This document shows, in pieces, positions 38,434 to 48,604 of a stretch of DNA of 64,000 nucleotides; position 1 is the stretch's first letter, and each line of letters starts with the position of its first letter. The position numbers and the translations under genes are program-made. The notes under the pieces are model-generated. The model ran no database searches. It was not told where the DNA came from and saw only the letters and a program-made list of their open reading frames with translations. Source of the DNA: an uncultured Clostridia bacterium (GTDB lineage Bacteria; Bacillota; Clostridia; Oscillospirales; Ruminococcaceae); the NCBI GenBank assembly GCA_946567425.1, contig CAMNXF010000014.1, positions 11,883-75,882 of the forward strand, written 5' to 3'.

Positions 38434-39072
38434 TTAAAGACCTTTCCAGTCGTTGAGGAAGCGCTCTATCCCGATGTCGGTGAGCGGGTGCTTTATCATC
38501 TGGCAGATGACCTTATACGGCACGGTCGCGATATCGCAGCCCGCGCGCGCCGCTTCGGTAACGTGAATGGGATTGCGCACCGACGCGGCGATTATCTCCG
38601 TTTCAATGCCCTGAACCGCGAATATGTCCGATATTTCGCGGATAAGGTCCATTCCGCACATTCCTACGTCGTCAAGTCTGCCGAGGAACGGCGATACGTA
38701 AGCAGCTCCCGCATTCGCCGCGAGAATAGCCTGCGCCGCCGAGAAAATCAGCGTTACATTCGTCTTTATGCCCTTTGCGGAAAGGCGCTTGCAGGCTTTC
38801 AGACCCTCCGCGCACATCGGCAGCTTAATGACGATATTCGGGTTGATCTGCGCAAGCGGCAGAGCCTCCTCGACCATTTTGTCCGCTTCAAGCGAAATAA
38901 CCTCCGCGGAGATAGGACCGTCGACAATCTCCGCGATCTCCTTTACGACCTCCTCAAATACGCGGTGCTCCTTTGCGATAAGCGACGGGTTCGTGGTAAC
39001 TCCGCAGATGACGCCGAGTTCGTTCGCCTCGCGTATCTCATCAACGTTCGCGGTATCTATAAACAGCTTCAT
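38434..39072 (-). CDS. fsa: Fructose-6-phosphate aldolase/transaldolase
   Basis: [44 protein letters not shown]. Confidence 0.95.
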   Translation of the reverse strand: MKLFIDTANVDEIREANELGVICGVTTNPSLIAKEHRVFEEVVKEIAEIVDGPISAEVISLEADKMVEEALPLAQINPNIVIKLPMCAEGLKACKRLSAKGIKTNVTLIFSAAQAILAANAGAAYVSPFLGRLDDVGMCGMDLIREISDIFAVQGIETEIIAASVRNPIHVTEAARAGCDIATVPYKVICQMIKHPLTDIGIERFLNDWKGL

Positions 39073-39227
39073 AAGACATTTTCCTTTCGTTTTTCGTTTT
39101 TTTGCGGAAACGGATATCCGCTCTTTATTTAATAATAGCATATTTCTTTGAAAATTTCAATACAAAATGACGGGAAATTTTAATATATCACCAATTATAT
39201 CATCGACGGCGCAAGTCCGTTTCCCCC

Positions 39228-39256
39228 TTGACATAAAAATGTATAAGTGCTATAAT
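39228..39256 (+). promoter_or_regulatory. Consensus SigA promoter of trkAH
   Basis: TTGACA-17 nt-TATAAT. Confidence 0.85.
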
Positions 39257-39301
39257 ATATAAGAATGAAAAAGCCCGAACGGGAATTTAAGGAAAAAGAT
39301 T

Positions 39302-40657
39302 ATGAAAATGGTAATAATTGGCAACGGCAAGGCGGGAAGCAGTCTGGCTTCAATGCTTTCGCATGAGGGGCACGACGTTACGGTCATCGACATTAACGGC
39401 GCAGCTCTGGAGAAAACCCAGAACACCGAGGACGTTATGTGCATAGAGGGAAACGGCATTGACGCGGATGTTCAGAGCGACGCGGCGGTGAACAAGGCGG
39501 GCATCGTCATTGCGACAACGCATTATGACGAGGTGAATCTGCTGTGCTGCCTTATCGCGAAAAAGCTCGGCGCAAAAAGAACTATCGCCAGAGTGCGCAA
39601 CCCCGAATACTATAAACAGATAGACTTTATAAGAGAGGACCTCGGGCTTTCAATGGTGATCAATCCCGAGGCAATTACCGCCGACGAGATACTTCGTGTT
39701 TTGATAACGCCCGCCGCCGCAAAGGTCGAGGTGTTTGAAAAAGGCAAAATGGAACTGGTGGAGTACAAGATACCCGACAATTCCGAAATACTCGATTGCA
39801 GTCTGCTTGAGATTTACAAAAAGACGGGCATTAAGCTGCTGATATGCGCGGTTCAGCGCGACTCCGAGATATACATACCCGGCGGTAATTTCGTGCTCCG
39901 CTCGGGCGACAGGATAAGCATCGCGGCGACACATAAGGACATTGAGCGTTTTTTCAAGATATGCGGCTCTATCAAGGATAAAGTAAAGTCATGTATTATC
40001 GTGGGCGCGGGCAGAATAAGCTACTACCTGACAAGAAGTCTGCTGGGAATGGGTATGCACGTTAAAATAATCGAGAAGGATCTCGACAAGTGCAAACGGT
40101 TCGCACAGATCTTCCCGAAAGCCTCCGTTATACACGGCGACGGCACCGATCAGGACATGCTCGCCGAGGAGGGCATACACGACGCGGACGCGTTCGTCGC
40201 GGTCACGGGAATCGACGAGGAAAACATCATTATGTCGCTCTACGCCAAAAACAACTCCAACGCTAAAGTTGTCACCAAAATAAACCGCGAGAGCTATGTC
40301 GGACTGACGGGGCAGATAGGGCTTGACTGCATAATCTCTCCGAAATTCCTTGCAACAAGTTCGGTGCTTACTTATGTTCGAAGCCTTGACAACACCGAGA
40401 GCAGCATCGAATCCATTTATCACATTGTTGACAACCGCGTAGAGGCGGCAGAGTTCAAGATAACTGAAAAAATACCGCAGCTTATCGGTGTACCGCTCAA
40501 GGAGCTGAAGCTCAAAAAGAACATTCTTATATGCTCGGTGGTGAGAGGTCGGCAGGTCATTATACCGGACGGCAACACGATCATAGAAGCGGGAGATTCG
40601 GTGGTGGTGGTCTCCAAGGAACACCGCTTCTCCGATATACGGGAAATTTTATTGTAA
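39302..40657 (+). CDS. trkA: Trk potassium uptake regulatory subunit
   Basis: Two RCK units: IIGNGKAG, DEVNLLCC..AK, IVGAGRI, DEENI, C-terminal PDG...IEAGD. Confidence 0.95.
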   Translation: MKMVIIGNGKAGSSLASMLSHEGHDVTVIDINGAALEKTQNTEDVMCIEGNGIDADVQSDAAVNKAGIVIATTHYDEVNLLCCLIAKKLGAKRTIARVRNPEYYKQIDFIREDLGLSMVINPEAITADEILRVLITPAAAKVEVFEKGKMELVEYKIPDNSEILDCSLLEIYKKTGIKLLICAVQRDSEIYIPGGNFVLRSGDRISIAATHKDIERFFKICGSIKDKVKSCIIVGAGRISYYLTRSLLGMGMHVKIIEKDLDKCKRFAQIFPKASVIHGDGTDQDMLAEEGIHDADAFVAVTGIDEENIIMSLYAKNNSNAKVVTKINRESYVGLTGQIGLDCIISPKFLATSSVLTYVRSLDNTESSIESIYHIVDNRVEAAEFKITEKIPQLIGVPLKELKLKKNILICSVVRGRQVIIPDGNTIIEAGDSVVVVSKEHRFSDIREILL

Positions 40658-40719
40658 ACGATTGAGGTGAAAACGTCCAAACGGCTTCGGCTGCAAATTT
40701 TGTGACAATTTAAAAAGAA

Positions 40720-42165
40720 ATGAACAAAACGTTAGTTTTCCATTATTTGTCAAAGATGACGCTTACGGGTTCGGCGCTGTTTCTTCTGCCCGCGATAGTA
40801 AGTCTTTGCTACAGCGAGTTTGAGACCGTGCCCGTTTTTCTGCTTACGGGAGCGGGTCTTGCGGCGCTCTCGCTGCCCATGACTCTGATAAAGCCCAAAA
40901 CCAAGGATATGTACACCAAGGAGAGCCTTGTTATAGTAGCCATGCTCTGGATAGTGTTTCCGCTTGCGGGGGCTATGCCGTTCTTTATCAGCGGCGAGAT
41001 ACCGCGTTTTGTCGACGCTGTTTTCGAGAGCGTTTCGGGCTTTACGACAACAGGCTCGACGATACTTACCAACGTGGAGAGTCTGTCGCACGGAATGCTG
41101 TTCTGGCGCAGTTTCACGCACTGGATAGGCGGAATGGGCATTCTTGTGTTCGCGCTGGCGGTCTTTCCGTCGTCCAAAGACTCTATGTATTTAATGAGGG
41201 CGGAGTGCCCCGGTCCGCAGGTCGGGAAGTTCGTTCCCAAGGGAAAAAACACCGCAATGTATATGTACGCAATGTACGGTGTGCTTACCGTTGTGACGGT
41301 GGTACTGCTGTGTGCGGGAGGAATGCCGCTGTTTGACAGCCTTTGCCACGCAATGGGCACGGCGGGAACGGGCGGTTTCGGGATTAAAAACGCAGGCGTG
41401 GCGTTTTACAATTCGGCGTATATCGACGGCGTTATTACGGTGATGATGATACTGTTCGGCGTAAACTTCAACATTTTCTACTTTATGCTGATAAAACGCT
41501 TCAAGGACGTCGCCAAAAACCTCGAGCTGCGGGTGTATCTGATTATTTTAGCCGTCTCGACGCTGCTTATCGGCGCGAATATTTTCCCGATCTACAAATC
41601 GTTTGGCGAGAGTTTCCGTTACGCTGTTTTTCAGGTCGCGTCGATTATGACTACGACGGGCTTCGCGACGGCGGACTATAATCTGTGGCCCTCGTTTTCG
41701 CAGATGATATTGGTGCTGCTTATGCTTGTCGGAGCGTGCGCGGGGTCTACGGGCGGCGGATTTAAGGTGCAGCGGCTTATCATCGTGTTCAAGAATACGG
41801 CGAAGTTCTTCAAAAAGCTGCTCCATCCGAAGTCGGTCAATCTGGTCACAAGCGAGGACAAGGCAATGGACGCGGACACCGTTCACGGAGTACACTGCTA
41901 CCTCGGGATATGCCTGTTCCTGATGCTGGGGTCGATGCTGCTGGTGTCGCTCGACAATCAGGATTTCGCGACGTCGTTCACCTCGGTGGCGGCTTGCTTC
42001 AACAACATAGGCCCAGGAATTAACAAGGTCGGTCCTATGGAGAATTTCTCGTTTTTCTCCGATTTTTCGAAATGCGTTCTGTCGCTGGATATGCTGCTGG
42101 GGAGACTTGAGTGTCTGCCGATAATGATGCTTTGCGTCCCTGCCGTGTGGAAGAAGAAATTCTGA
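40720..42165 (+). CDS. trkH: Trk potassium uptake membrane subunit
   Basis: FESVSGFTTTG, WIGGMG, GTGGF, TTTGF, GSTGGG, NNIGPG, MLLGRLE. Confidence 0.95.
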   Translation: MNKTLVFHYLSKMTLTGSALFLLPAIVSLCYSEFETVPVFLLTGAGLAALSLPMTLIKPKTKDMYTKESLVIVAMLWIVFPLAGAMPFFISGEIPRFVDAVFESVSGFTTTGSTILTNVESLSHGMLFWRSFTHWIGGMGILVFALAVFPSSKDSMYLMRAECPGPQVGKFVPKGKNTAMYMYAMYGVLTVVTVVLLCAGGMPLFDSLCHAMGTAGTGGFGIKNAGVAFYNSAYIDGVITVMMILFGVNFNIFYFMLIKRFKDVAKNLELRVYLIILAVSTLLIGANIFPIYKSFGESFRYAVFQVASIMTTTGFATADYNLWPSFSQMILVLLMLVGACAGSTGGGFKVQRLIIVFKNTAKFFKKLLHPKSVNLVTSEDKAMDADTVHGVHCYLGICLFLMLGSMLLVSLDNQDFATSFTSVAACFNNIGPGINKVGPMENFSFFSDFSKCVLSLDMLLGRLECLPIMMLCVPAVWKKKF

Positions 42166-42331
42166 TATGTGAATATTTTGTCAATTCCCATTCGCTTAAC
42201 AGTGAGTGGGAATTTTCTTAAAAGTCTAAATTGTCCATATTGAAATCGCTTTTTTTGCTTGCGATGACAGGCGATTGTGTTGTATAATCAAATTAAAGAA
42301 ATCGTATACATTTTACAGGGAGGAACTTATT

Positions 42332-43558
42332 ATGGCACTCGGCAATGTAATTGTAGGACAATCAGGCGGCCCAACCTCGGTTATTAACTCCAGTCTCGTC
42401 GGTGTATTTAAGACCGCTAAAGATGCGGGTTGTCCTCATGTCTACGGAATGAGAAACGGTATTGAGGGATTTTTACAAGAGCGTTACATCGATTTGTCAG
42501 ATTATATAAGGAACGATCTGGATATCGAGCTGCTCAAGCGCACACCGTCGTCATTTCTGGGAACGTGCCGTTACAAGCTCCCTGATTTCTCCAAGGACGA
42601 AGCCGTGTACAAAAAAATATTTGAGATACTGAAGAAAATGGATATCAAGCACTTCTTCTATATCGGCGGAAACGACTCAATGGATACTATTGACAAGCTG
42701 TCGAAATACGCCGAGGTAATAAAGAGCGATATCACGTTTATCGGTATACCCAAGACTATCGACAACGACCTTGCGATGACCGACCACACTCCCGGATACG
42801 GCAGCGCGGCGAAATATATCGCCTCCGCGATGAAAGAGATAATCCGCGACGCGAACACCTACCCCAATGAGTCGGTAAATATCGTCGAGATAATGGGACG
42901 TGACGCGGGCTGGCTGACGTGCGCCGCTACGCTTTCGCGCTCGGAGGACTGCGCGGGTCCCGATATTATTTGCCTGCCCGAGACGGTTTTCGATTATAAT
43001 AACTTCATTAATAAAATAAACGAAGCGCGTTCGCGGAAAAAGGTCATTACGATCGCAGTTTCCGAGGGTATCAAGACCGCCGACGGCAAGTACGTCTGCG
43101 AAGCGAACAAGCGCGCAATGAACGAGGACGCGTTCGGACATAAGGCGCTGGGCGGTACGGCGCTCTACCTCGCGGACTTTATTGGCGCGGAGCTCGGGAT
43201 AAAGAACAGAGGTATCGTGTTCTCGACGCTCCAGAGATGCGCGTCGCATATCGTTTCGCGCCGCGATATTACGGAGGCGTTCACTGCGGGCGCGGACGGA
43301 GTTCAGCTCGCACTCAACGGCGAAACGGGAAAAATGATAATCTTCGAGAGAATTTCCAATAACCCCTATCAGCTTAAGACCGCGTCATGCCCCGCTTCTG
43401 CAGTAGCAAACGTTGAAAAACTCGTTCCCAAGGAGTGGATAATCAGCGACGGCACTTACGTTTCAAAGGAGTTCTTCGAGTACGCGCGGCCGCTGATAAT
43501 CGGTGAGCTGTCGCCGTTTATGGTGGACGGTCTGCCGCGACATCTGTTTATTGACTAA
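42332..43558 (+). CDS. pfp: 6-phosphofructokinase, PPi-dependent type
   Basis: GQSGGPTSVIN, IGGNDS (Asp at the PPi-specificity position), PKTIDND, EIMGRDAGW. Confidence 0.85.
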   Translation: MALGNVIVGQSGGPTSVINSSLVGVFKTAKDAGCPHVYGMRNGIEGFLQERYIDLSDYIRNDLDIELLKRTPSSFLGTCRYKLPDFSKDEAVYKKIFEILKKMDIKHFFYIGGNDSMDTIDKLSKYAEVIKSDITFIGIPKTIDNDLAMTDHTPGYGSAAKYIASAMKEIIRDANTYPNESVNIVEIMGRDAGWLTCAATLSRSEDCAGPDIICLPETVFDYNNFINKINEARSRKKVITIAVSEGIKTADGKYVCEANKRAMNEDAFGHKALGGTALYLADFIGAELGIKNRGIVFSTLQRCASHIVSRRDITEAFTAGADGVQLALNGETGKMIIFERISNNPYQLKTASCPASAVANVEKLVPKEWIISDGTYVSKEFFEYARPLIIGELSPFMVDGLPRHLFID

Positions 43559-43690
43559 TTGGATTCCTCCCAATTAACAATACTTTTTACATTGAAGGGC
43601 CGCGCTTATGGGCGCGGCTTTTCATTTTCATTTACAATACAAGAAGGCCGCAGAAATTATCCGCAGCCTTCTTGTATTTTGAGATCAGTT

Positions 43691-44905
43691 TTATTTTTCC
43701 ATATATTCCATCATGGCACGCGCGGTCTTTTTCGCGTCCTCTACCGCGTGTACTACGGTGAGCGGTCCGGTGATAACGTCGCCCGCCGCGAACACTCCCT
43801 CGCGCGTGGTCATATTGTTTTCGTCGACCATAAGCAGACCCTTTGCCGTACCCGCGAGATGAGCGGTCGAAAGTATCAGCTTATCCTTGGGACGCTGGCT
43901 CACCGCGATAATTACGGAGTCTGCGGGAACCAATTCCTCACCGTCCTCATAGCCCGCGATTTTCCCCTCCTCGTTGATTATTGAGGTCTTGAACACGGGA
44001 CCCTCGGGGGTAATGCGCGTTATTTGTTTGCCGAAAATAAACTCCGCGCCGTCGAGCTTTGCGTAGCTCATTTCGTGAGAGCTCGCCGAGGCGTGTATTC
44101 CGCGCGAGAACAGCATTACGCGCTGCGCTCCGTAGCGAAAAGCCGTCCGCGCAACGTCCATAGCGACGTTGCCCATACCGATAACGGCGACCGTTTCGCC
44201 AAGCTCGTGATGAGCGGGATTTTCAAGATAGGAAATGCCGAAGTGAACGTTCGCGAGACATTCGCCCTCGATATTGAGCGTTCTCGGACGCCACGCTCCC
44301 GTGCCGATGAAAACCGAGTTGTAGCCGTCGCGGAAGAGATCGTCTATCTTCAGCGCGCCGCCTATCGTCGTATTCAGTCTTATCTGAACGCCCAACTTGT
44401 CAAGCAGCTGCTTGTAGCGGTCGATTACGGTGTTCGACAAGCGGAACTCGGGAATGCCGTAGCGCAGCATTCCGCCGATGTCGTTCTTGCGCTCGAAAAT
44501 GGTAACGCTGTAGCCGTTCTTCGCGAGTATCACGGCGACGGTAATTCCCGCGGGACCCGAGCCGATTACCGCGACGCGCTTGCCGTTGCTTGGCGCGCAT
44601 TCGGGACGAATACGGCTGAGATATGCGTCCGAGACAAAGCGCTCGATATCGTAAAACTGCACGGGCGTATCCTTTTTTCCGAGAACGCAGTGACCCGCGC
44701 ACTGCGCTTCGTGATTGCAAACGGTGGCGCATACGACGCTCAGCGGATTGTTCTCAAACAGCTCCGCGCCCGCCTCCATGACCTTGTTGTCCTTAAATTT
44801 CTGAATGATTTTCGGGATAGGCGTGTGCACGGGGCAGTACTCCATACACTGTGGCTTTTTGCAGTTAAGGCAGCGGTTGGCTTCGGTCTCTATTCTTAAT
44901 GACAT
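43691..44905 (-). CDS. GltD/NfnB-like NAD(P)-dependent Fe-S flavo-oxidoreductase
   Basis: RCLNC..P.C...CP, VC.HE.QC..HC, IGSGPAG, GGMLRYGIPEFRL, GMGNVAMDVAR, FAAGD. Confidence 0.9.
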   Translation of the reverse strand: MSLRIETEANRCLNCKKPQCMEYCPVHTPIPKIIQKFKDNKVMEAGAELFENNPLSVVCATVCNHEAQCAGHCVLGKKDTPVQFYDIERFVSDAYLSRIRPECAPSNGKRVAVIGSGPAGITVAVILAKNGYSVTIFERKNDIGGMLRYGIPEFRLSNTVIDRYKQLLDKLGVQIRLNTTIGGALKIDDLFRDGYNSVFIGTGAWRPRTLNIEGECLANVHFGISYLENPAHHELGETVAVIGMGNVAMDVARTAFRYGAQRVMLFSRGIHASASSHEMSYAKLDGAEFIFGKQITRITPEGPVFKTSIINEEGKIAGYEDGEELVPADSVIIAVSQRPKDKLILSTAHLAGTAKGLLMVDENNMTTREGVFAAGDVITGPLTVVHAVEDAKKTARAMMEYMEK

Positions 44906-45046
44906 AGTTCAATTCTCCTTGTACAAACGGTATACGATTACATACTGTAAATATAACACATTCCCGTAAATTTGTCAACAGATTTATGTCGAATTAAAAA
45001 CAAAACCCCGAAAATGGTTTGTTTTTGTCCGTTTTGGAAATAACGG

Positions 45047-45235
45047 AAAAAGGAGACCGCTATCGATCTCCCGTGCTTTTCAATACAGTACCGCCTTGCC
45101 GTAAGATGCAATATAAAACCCGCTTCTGGCAGGGTGGGTAAGATCGCCCGACGTTTTCACGCTCCCGCCAACCGTAAGCCGAGGCTTACGAGAGGTCTGC
45201 AATCCGCCGCCGGAGCCGAAATCCCGTTTACAATG
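45047..45235 (-). ncRNA. ssrS: Probable 6S RNA
   Basis: ~190 nt between TATAAT (45247-45242) and terminator GGAGATCG..CGGTCTCC-TTTTT; long irregular rod with central bubble; GGGAGC and CCCACCCTGC..AGCGGGTT resemble Firmicute 6S as recalled; not model-tested. Confidence 0.6.
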
Positions 45236-45311
45236 TGTTGGATTATAGTAGCACACATTCGCGAGTAAGGCAGTAGTATAAACAATATTATTCTTTCCGC
45301 AGCTGCTGAAA

Positions 45312-45647
45312 TTATTCGTTCACGCCGTCAAACTTCTCCAGATCTTCAATATCCAACTCGGGAAGCTCCGCAAAACGCTTCAGGAACATTTCGCCCGCCG
45401 CGTTGTATTCCGCGTCGTCATCCACGGTCGCGAGCATCGGCTCTCCGTCCGTTACAATCTCCTTGAGTACGACAAATTCCGACGCGCCCTCTTCTTCATC
45501 GTAGTCGGCGGGGATAAGCGCGTAATATACTGCGCCGTCCAACTCCGCGCGGTCTACAAACTCAAACCGCGTTACGTTTCCTTCCTCGTCCTCAAGCTCG
45601 ATAATTCCTTCGTCCTCGTCAAGGAAAGCCTCTTCATTTTCAGCCAT
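45312..45647 (-). CDS. DUF1292 family acidic protein
   Basis: IIELEDEEG..RFEFVD.....G.YYAL, DD.EY....F pattern. Confidence 0.85.
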   Translation of the reverse strand: MAENEEAFLDEDEGIIELEDEEGNVTRFEFVDRAELDGAVYYALIPADYDEEEGASEFVVLKEIVTDGEPMLATVDDDAEYNAAGEMFLKRFAELPELDIEDLEKFDGVNE

Positions 45648-45851
45648 ATCCCGCCGCCTTTCTTTGCATGAAATTTTCTTTTAAAAAGAACCACGCTTGT
45701 GCTTATATTTTACACTAACAGCGGGCTGTTGTCAAGAGGAAATTTCGGGAAACGCGCGTTTTTCACGTTATTTACATAATAATCATTACTTTCAACAAAA
45801 CAGATAGTAAAAATATATACAAAACGCCTATGGAAAAATTGAAAATTTCTA

Positions 45852-46518
45852 TTGACTTTTAACAAAAAATATGGTATCATTATATCAAGGAAAGAGAGAA
45901 CCCGAAGACAAGCCGAGAGGTCGGTACGGGGTCTCCTTTAAATACACCGAAAGGAGTTCAGTCCAATGGAAAGCTGAGTTTAAGGCAGTAAGGTGAAGGC
46001 TTGGTAGAGTCTAGCCGCTACTTTGAAAGGAGTTACTCCAATGGCTTGATGAACTTGCAGAGGGAAAAAATTTCAGCTTTAAGCAGAAAGGAAGCGAGTC
46101 CGATGGAAACAATTGAAAAACCTTTTGATCTGTCTGCGGAGTCGCAACCCGCCGACCGCTGAGGTTAAATATATGGCGAAGATTTGCGCGGGATAATCTC
46201 CCGAAAACGCAAAAACCGCCGCGACAACGGTGTTTTACCGAATTACAAACCGCAGAGGTTTCAGGCAGTCCGCAGATATTTTCAACCGCGTTAAGCGTTT
46301 ACATAGATAAGCCGAATCGAAAGTGGTGATTGCGATGTGCGCTTTAATCGAAGGGGAACGAAAATATTAGCTCGCGGAGCTTAACGAAAGGATTGAGTCC
46401 GATGTCCGATAAAATTTGCTCAACGATCAAATTTTAATAAGGAGTACGGTCCGATGTAATATCAAATTTAACAATTGAATATTTTGAGTCCCCGTGAGAA
46501 ACGGGGACTCATTTGTTT
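45852..46518 (+). other. Promoter-to-terminator unit without a long ORF: array of SD-hairpin-ATG minigenes or structured ncRNA
   Basis: TTGACT-17-TATCAT; five AAGGA-N5/6-TCC-R-ATG units; terminator GAGTCCCCGT-GAGAA-ACGGGGACTC-ATTTGTTT. Confidence 0.65.
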
Positions 46519-46568
46519 ACGCCGCTATAACGGATAAGCGGAGAGCCGCTAAGCTCTCCGCTTTTTTA

Positions 46569-47408
46569 TTATCCGTTGAAGAAGATAACCGTGCCCGCGT
46601 TTCGGGTCTCGTCTATCGCATTCTGCATACGGTCGAACAATTCGGCAAAACGCATACTGTGAATGCTTGCGGAGAGCCTTATTGCCCCCACGCGCATCGT
46701 AAGCGGGATACCTCTGCCGTTGAAATCGACGGGCTGCCCGTTCAGGTCGATCACCTTTCGGGCGGTCTGCTCGGCGGCGGTCTTGTCGTCCGTTCCCGTT
46801 ACCACGGCGAACTCGTCACCGCCTATACGGAACGCCGCCATTGTGTCGCCTGCCGCCGCGTCTACACGGTGGAAAGCCTCGCGGATGACCACGTCGCCCG
46901 CGTCTCTGCCGATGTTTTTATTGACCTCCGTGAAATTCACAATGTCAAAGCAAAGCACCCAATTGTCGCGCTCCGTCGGTCTGAGTTCGTTGTAAAGCTC
47001 GGTAATATCTACTCGTCTGCCCATATAAATTCCTCCTTTAAACGTGCGTTCGTCGGGGATTATCCGCGGAAATATCCCCGTAGAATGCCATTCCGTTCTG
47101 AATTTTGATGGAGAAACGCCCCACAGCTTGCGGAAAGCTCTTGTGAAAACCTCAGGGGAATTGTAGCAGTATTTCATTGCGATCTCGGTCAGCGTCATAT
47201 CGGTATGCGCGATGTCCTCCGCGCTTCTCGTAAGCCGGCGTTTGGCGATGTATTCCTTGAGGCTCGTGTGTGTGCAGTAACGCCACACCTTTTGCAGCGC
47301 CGACAGCGAACAAAAGCACGCCGCCGCGACATCCTCCTGCGTTATGCCGTTGCACAAATTATCCTCAATGTAATTCACCGCGTCCGCAAAAATACAGAAA
47401 TTCTTCAT
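46569..47408 (-). CDS. AraC-family HTH fused to GGDEF domain
   Basis: Double HTH (LTEIAMKYCYNSPEVFTRAFRKLWGVSPS); FDIVNFTEVN..GRDAGD, FRIGGDEF. Confidence 0.88.
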   Translation of the reverse strand: MKNFCIFADAVNYIEDNLCNGITQEDVAAACFCSLSALQKVWRYCTHTSLKEYIAKRRLTRSAEDIAHTDMTLTEIAMKYCYNSPEVFTRAFRKLWGVSPSKFRTEWHSTGIFPRIIPDERTFKGGIYMGRRVDITELYNELRPTERDNWVLCFDIVNFTEVNKNIGRDAGDVVIREAFHRVDAAAGDTMAAFRIGGDEFAVVTGTDDKTAAEQTARKVIDLNGQPVDFNGRGIPLTMRVGAIRLSASIHSMRFAELFDRMQNAIDETRNAGTVIFFNG

Positions 47409-47541
47409 TGCTCCACCTCCGTTACAGACAGCGCTTATCTGTGATTATATTGTAGCATACTTTTTCTTTTCTGTCTTGATTTTTTGAGCATATTTTCGCG
47501 AAAAAAACTCTCCGAAAAACGGGGAGTTTTCGTTTAAATAA

Positions 47542-47898
47542 AGTGACTTTATCGATAAGCCGAGTTCTGTCGTGTATGATCATCTATCTAGCCCCGCCGT
47601 CGCCGACGGGATCAAGCCACCTTTCAACGGGGCGCGCCGAGCAGACGCGTTATCCCCCGCACCAATCGGTGTTGCATCGGATAGGGTTTACATGGCAGTA
47701 CGCTCTCGCGCACTCCGGTGAGCTCTTACCTCGCCTTTCCATCCTTACCGTTTTCCCTTTTCAAGGGTTGCGGCGGTATATCTCTGTTGCACTTGCCCTA
47801 AGGTCGCCCTCGGCTGACGTTATCAGCTACCCTGCTCTGTGATGCTCGGACTTTCCTCATTGCGCTCTCACGCACCGCGATCATATAATAAAGTCACT
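47542..47898 (-). ncRNA. rnpB: RNase P RNA (type A)
   Basis: GAGGAAAGTCC, AGTGCAACAGA, GTAAACCC, ACAGAACTCGGCTTA; P1 AGTGACTTTAT/ATAAAGTCACT. Confidence 0.97.
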
Positions 47899-47998
47899 GT
47901 TAGATTATAGCATATTTTTGCAGAATTGTCAAGAGCGCAGAATTGCAGTTTTTTGCAGCACTCCCCGTGATATTATAAATTCGGAAGGAGGAATGCTT

Positions 47999-48265
47999 AT
48001 GAAGGACTACGGGACTGTTCGTTCGACCGTGCGCCCCGAGACGTTCAGGGTCGACGAGTACAGCGTCTGGAAGTGCTCGGATATACGTGAGGTTTCCGAG
48101 AATGTCGGCGAGGAAAATGAGTTTGTCGGCTGGGAATATGAAATGGCGCGGTACGACAAAAACGAATTCATCAAAATGCAGATATCCGAGAGCGCGGATC
48201 TTTCGGAACAGATAACCAACACGCAGCTTGCCTTGTGCGAGCTTTGCGAAGATATGGAGGTATAA
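47999..48265 (+). CDS. Phage-like hypothetical protein (tail/lysis-region type)
   Basis: AAGGAGG RBS; acidic, ends QITNTQLALCEL.E as in XkdW-like tail-end genes. Confidence 0.6.
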   Translation: MKDYGTVRSTVRPETFRVDEYSVWKCSDIREVSENVGEENEFVGWEYEMARYDKNEFIKMQISESADLSEQITNTQLALCELCEDMEV

Positions 48266-48266
48266 T

Positions 48267-48374
48267 ATGGTAAAGGTTTACGTTAAGCTGATACGCCAAG
48301 GGCTGAAGACCCTTGACAACGTTCCGCCAAAATGGCGCGATAAGGTCGCCCGCGAATTGGAAGCGGGTGATTGA
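48267..48374 (+). CDS. Small phage protein (CD1375/XkdX-like, 35 aa)
   Basis: Hand translation MVKVYVKLIRQGLKTLDNVPPKWRDKVARELEAGD; GGAGG RBS. Confidence 0.75.
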   Translation: MVKVYVKLIRQGLKTLDNVPPKWRDKVARELEAGD

Positions 48375-48376
48375 AT

Positions 48377-48604
48377 ATGGACGTTACGGCAATTATAGTC
48401 GCCGTTCTTTCGCTTATGGGAACGCTCGGCGGATCGCTGGGCGGCATCGTCGTAAGCAGCAAGCTGACGGCGTATCGGATACAGCAGCTCGAGGAAAAGG
48501 TCGCCGAGCACAACAATTTTGCGCGGCGTATGCCCGTTATTGAAGAGCGCATTGAGCAAATGGAAAAGCGTTTTAACAGAATGGAGGAACATAATGAAAA
48601 TTGA
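48377..48604 (+). CDS. Phage lysis-region membrane protein (single TM + coiled coil)
   Basis: MDVTAIIVAVLSL.GT..G, YRIQQLEEKV..HNN..R. Confidence 0.75.
   Translation: MDVTAIIVAVLSLMGTLGGSLGGIVVSSKLTAYRIQQLEEKVAEHNNFARRMPVIEERIEQMEKRFNRMEEHNEN

Noticed and set aside
39256-39301. c-di-AMP riboswitch upstream of trkAH
   Set aside because: Leader is under 50 nt and lacks the consensus.
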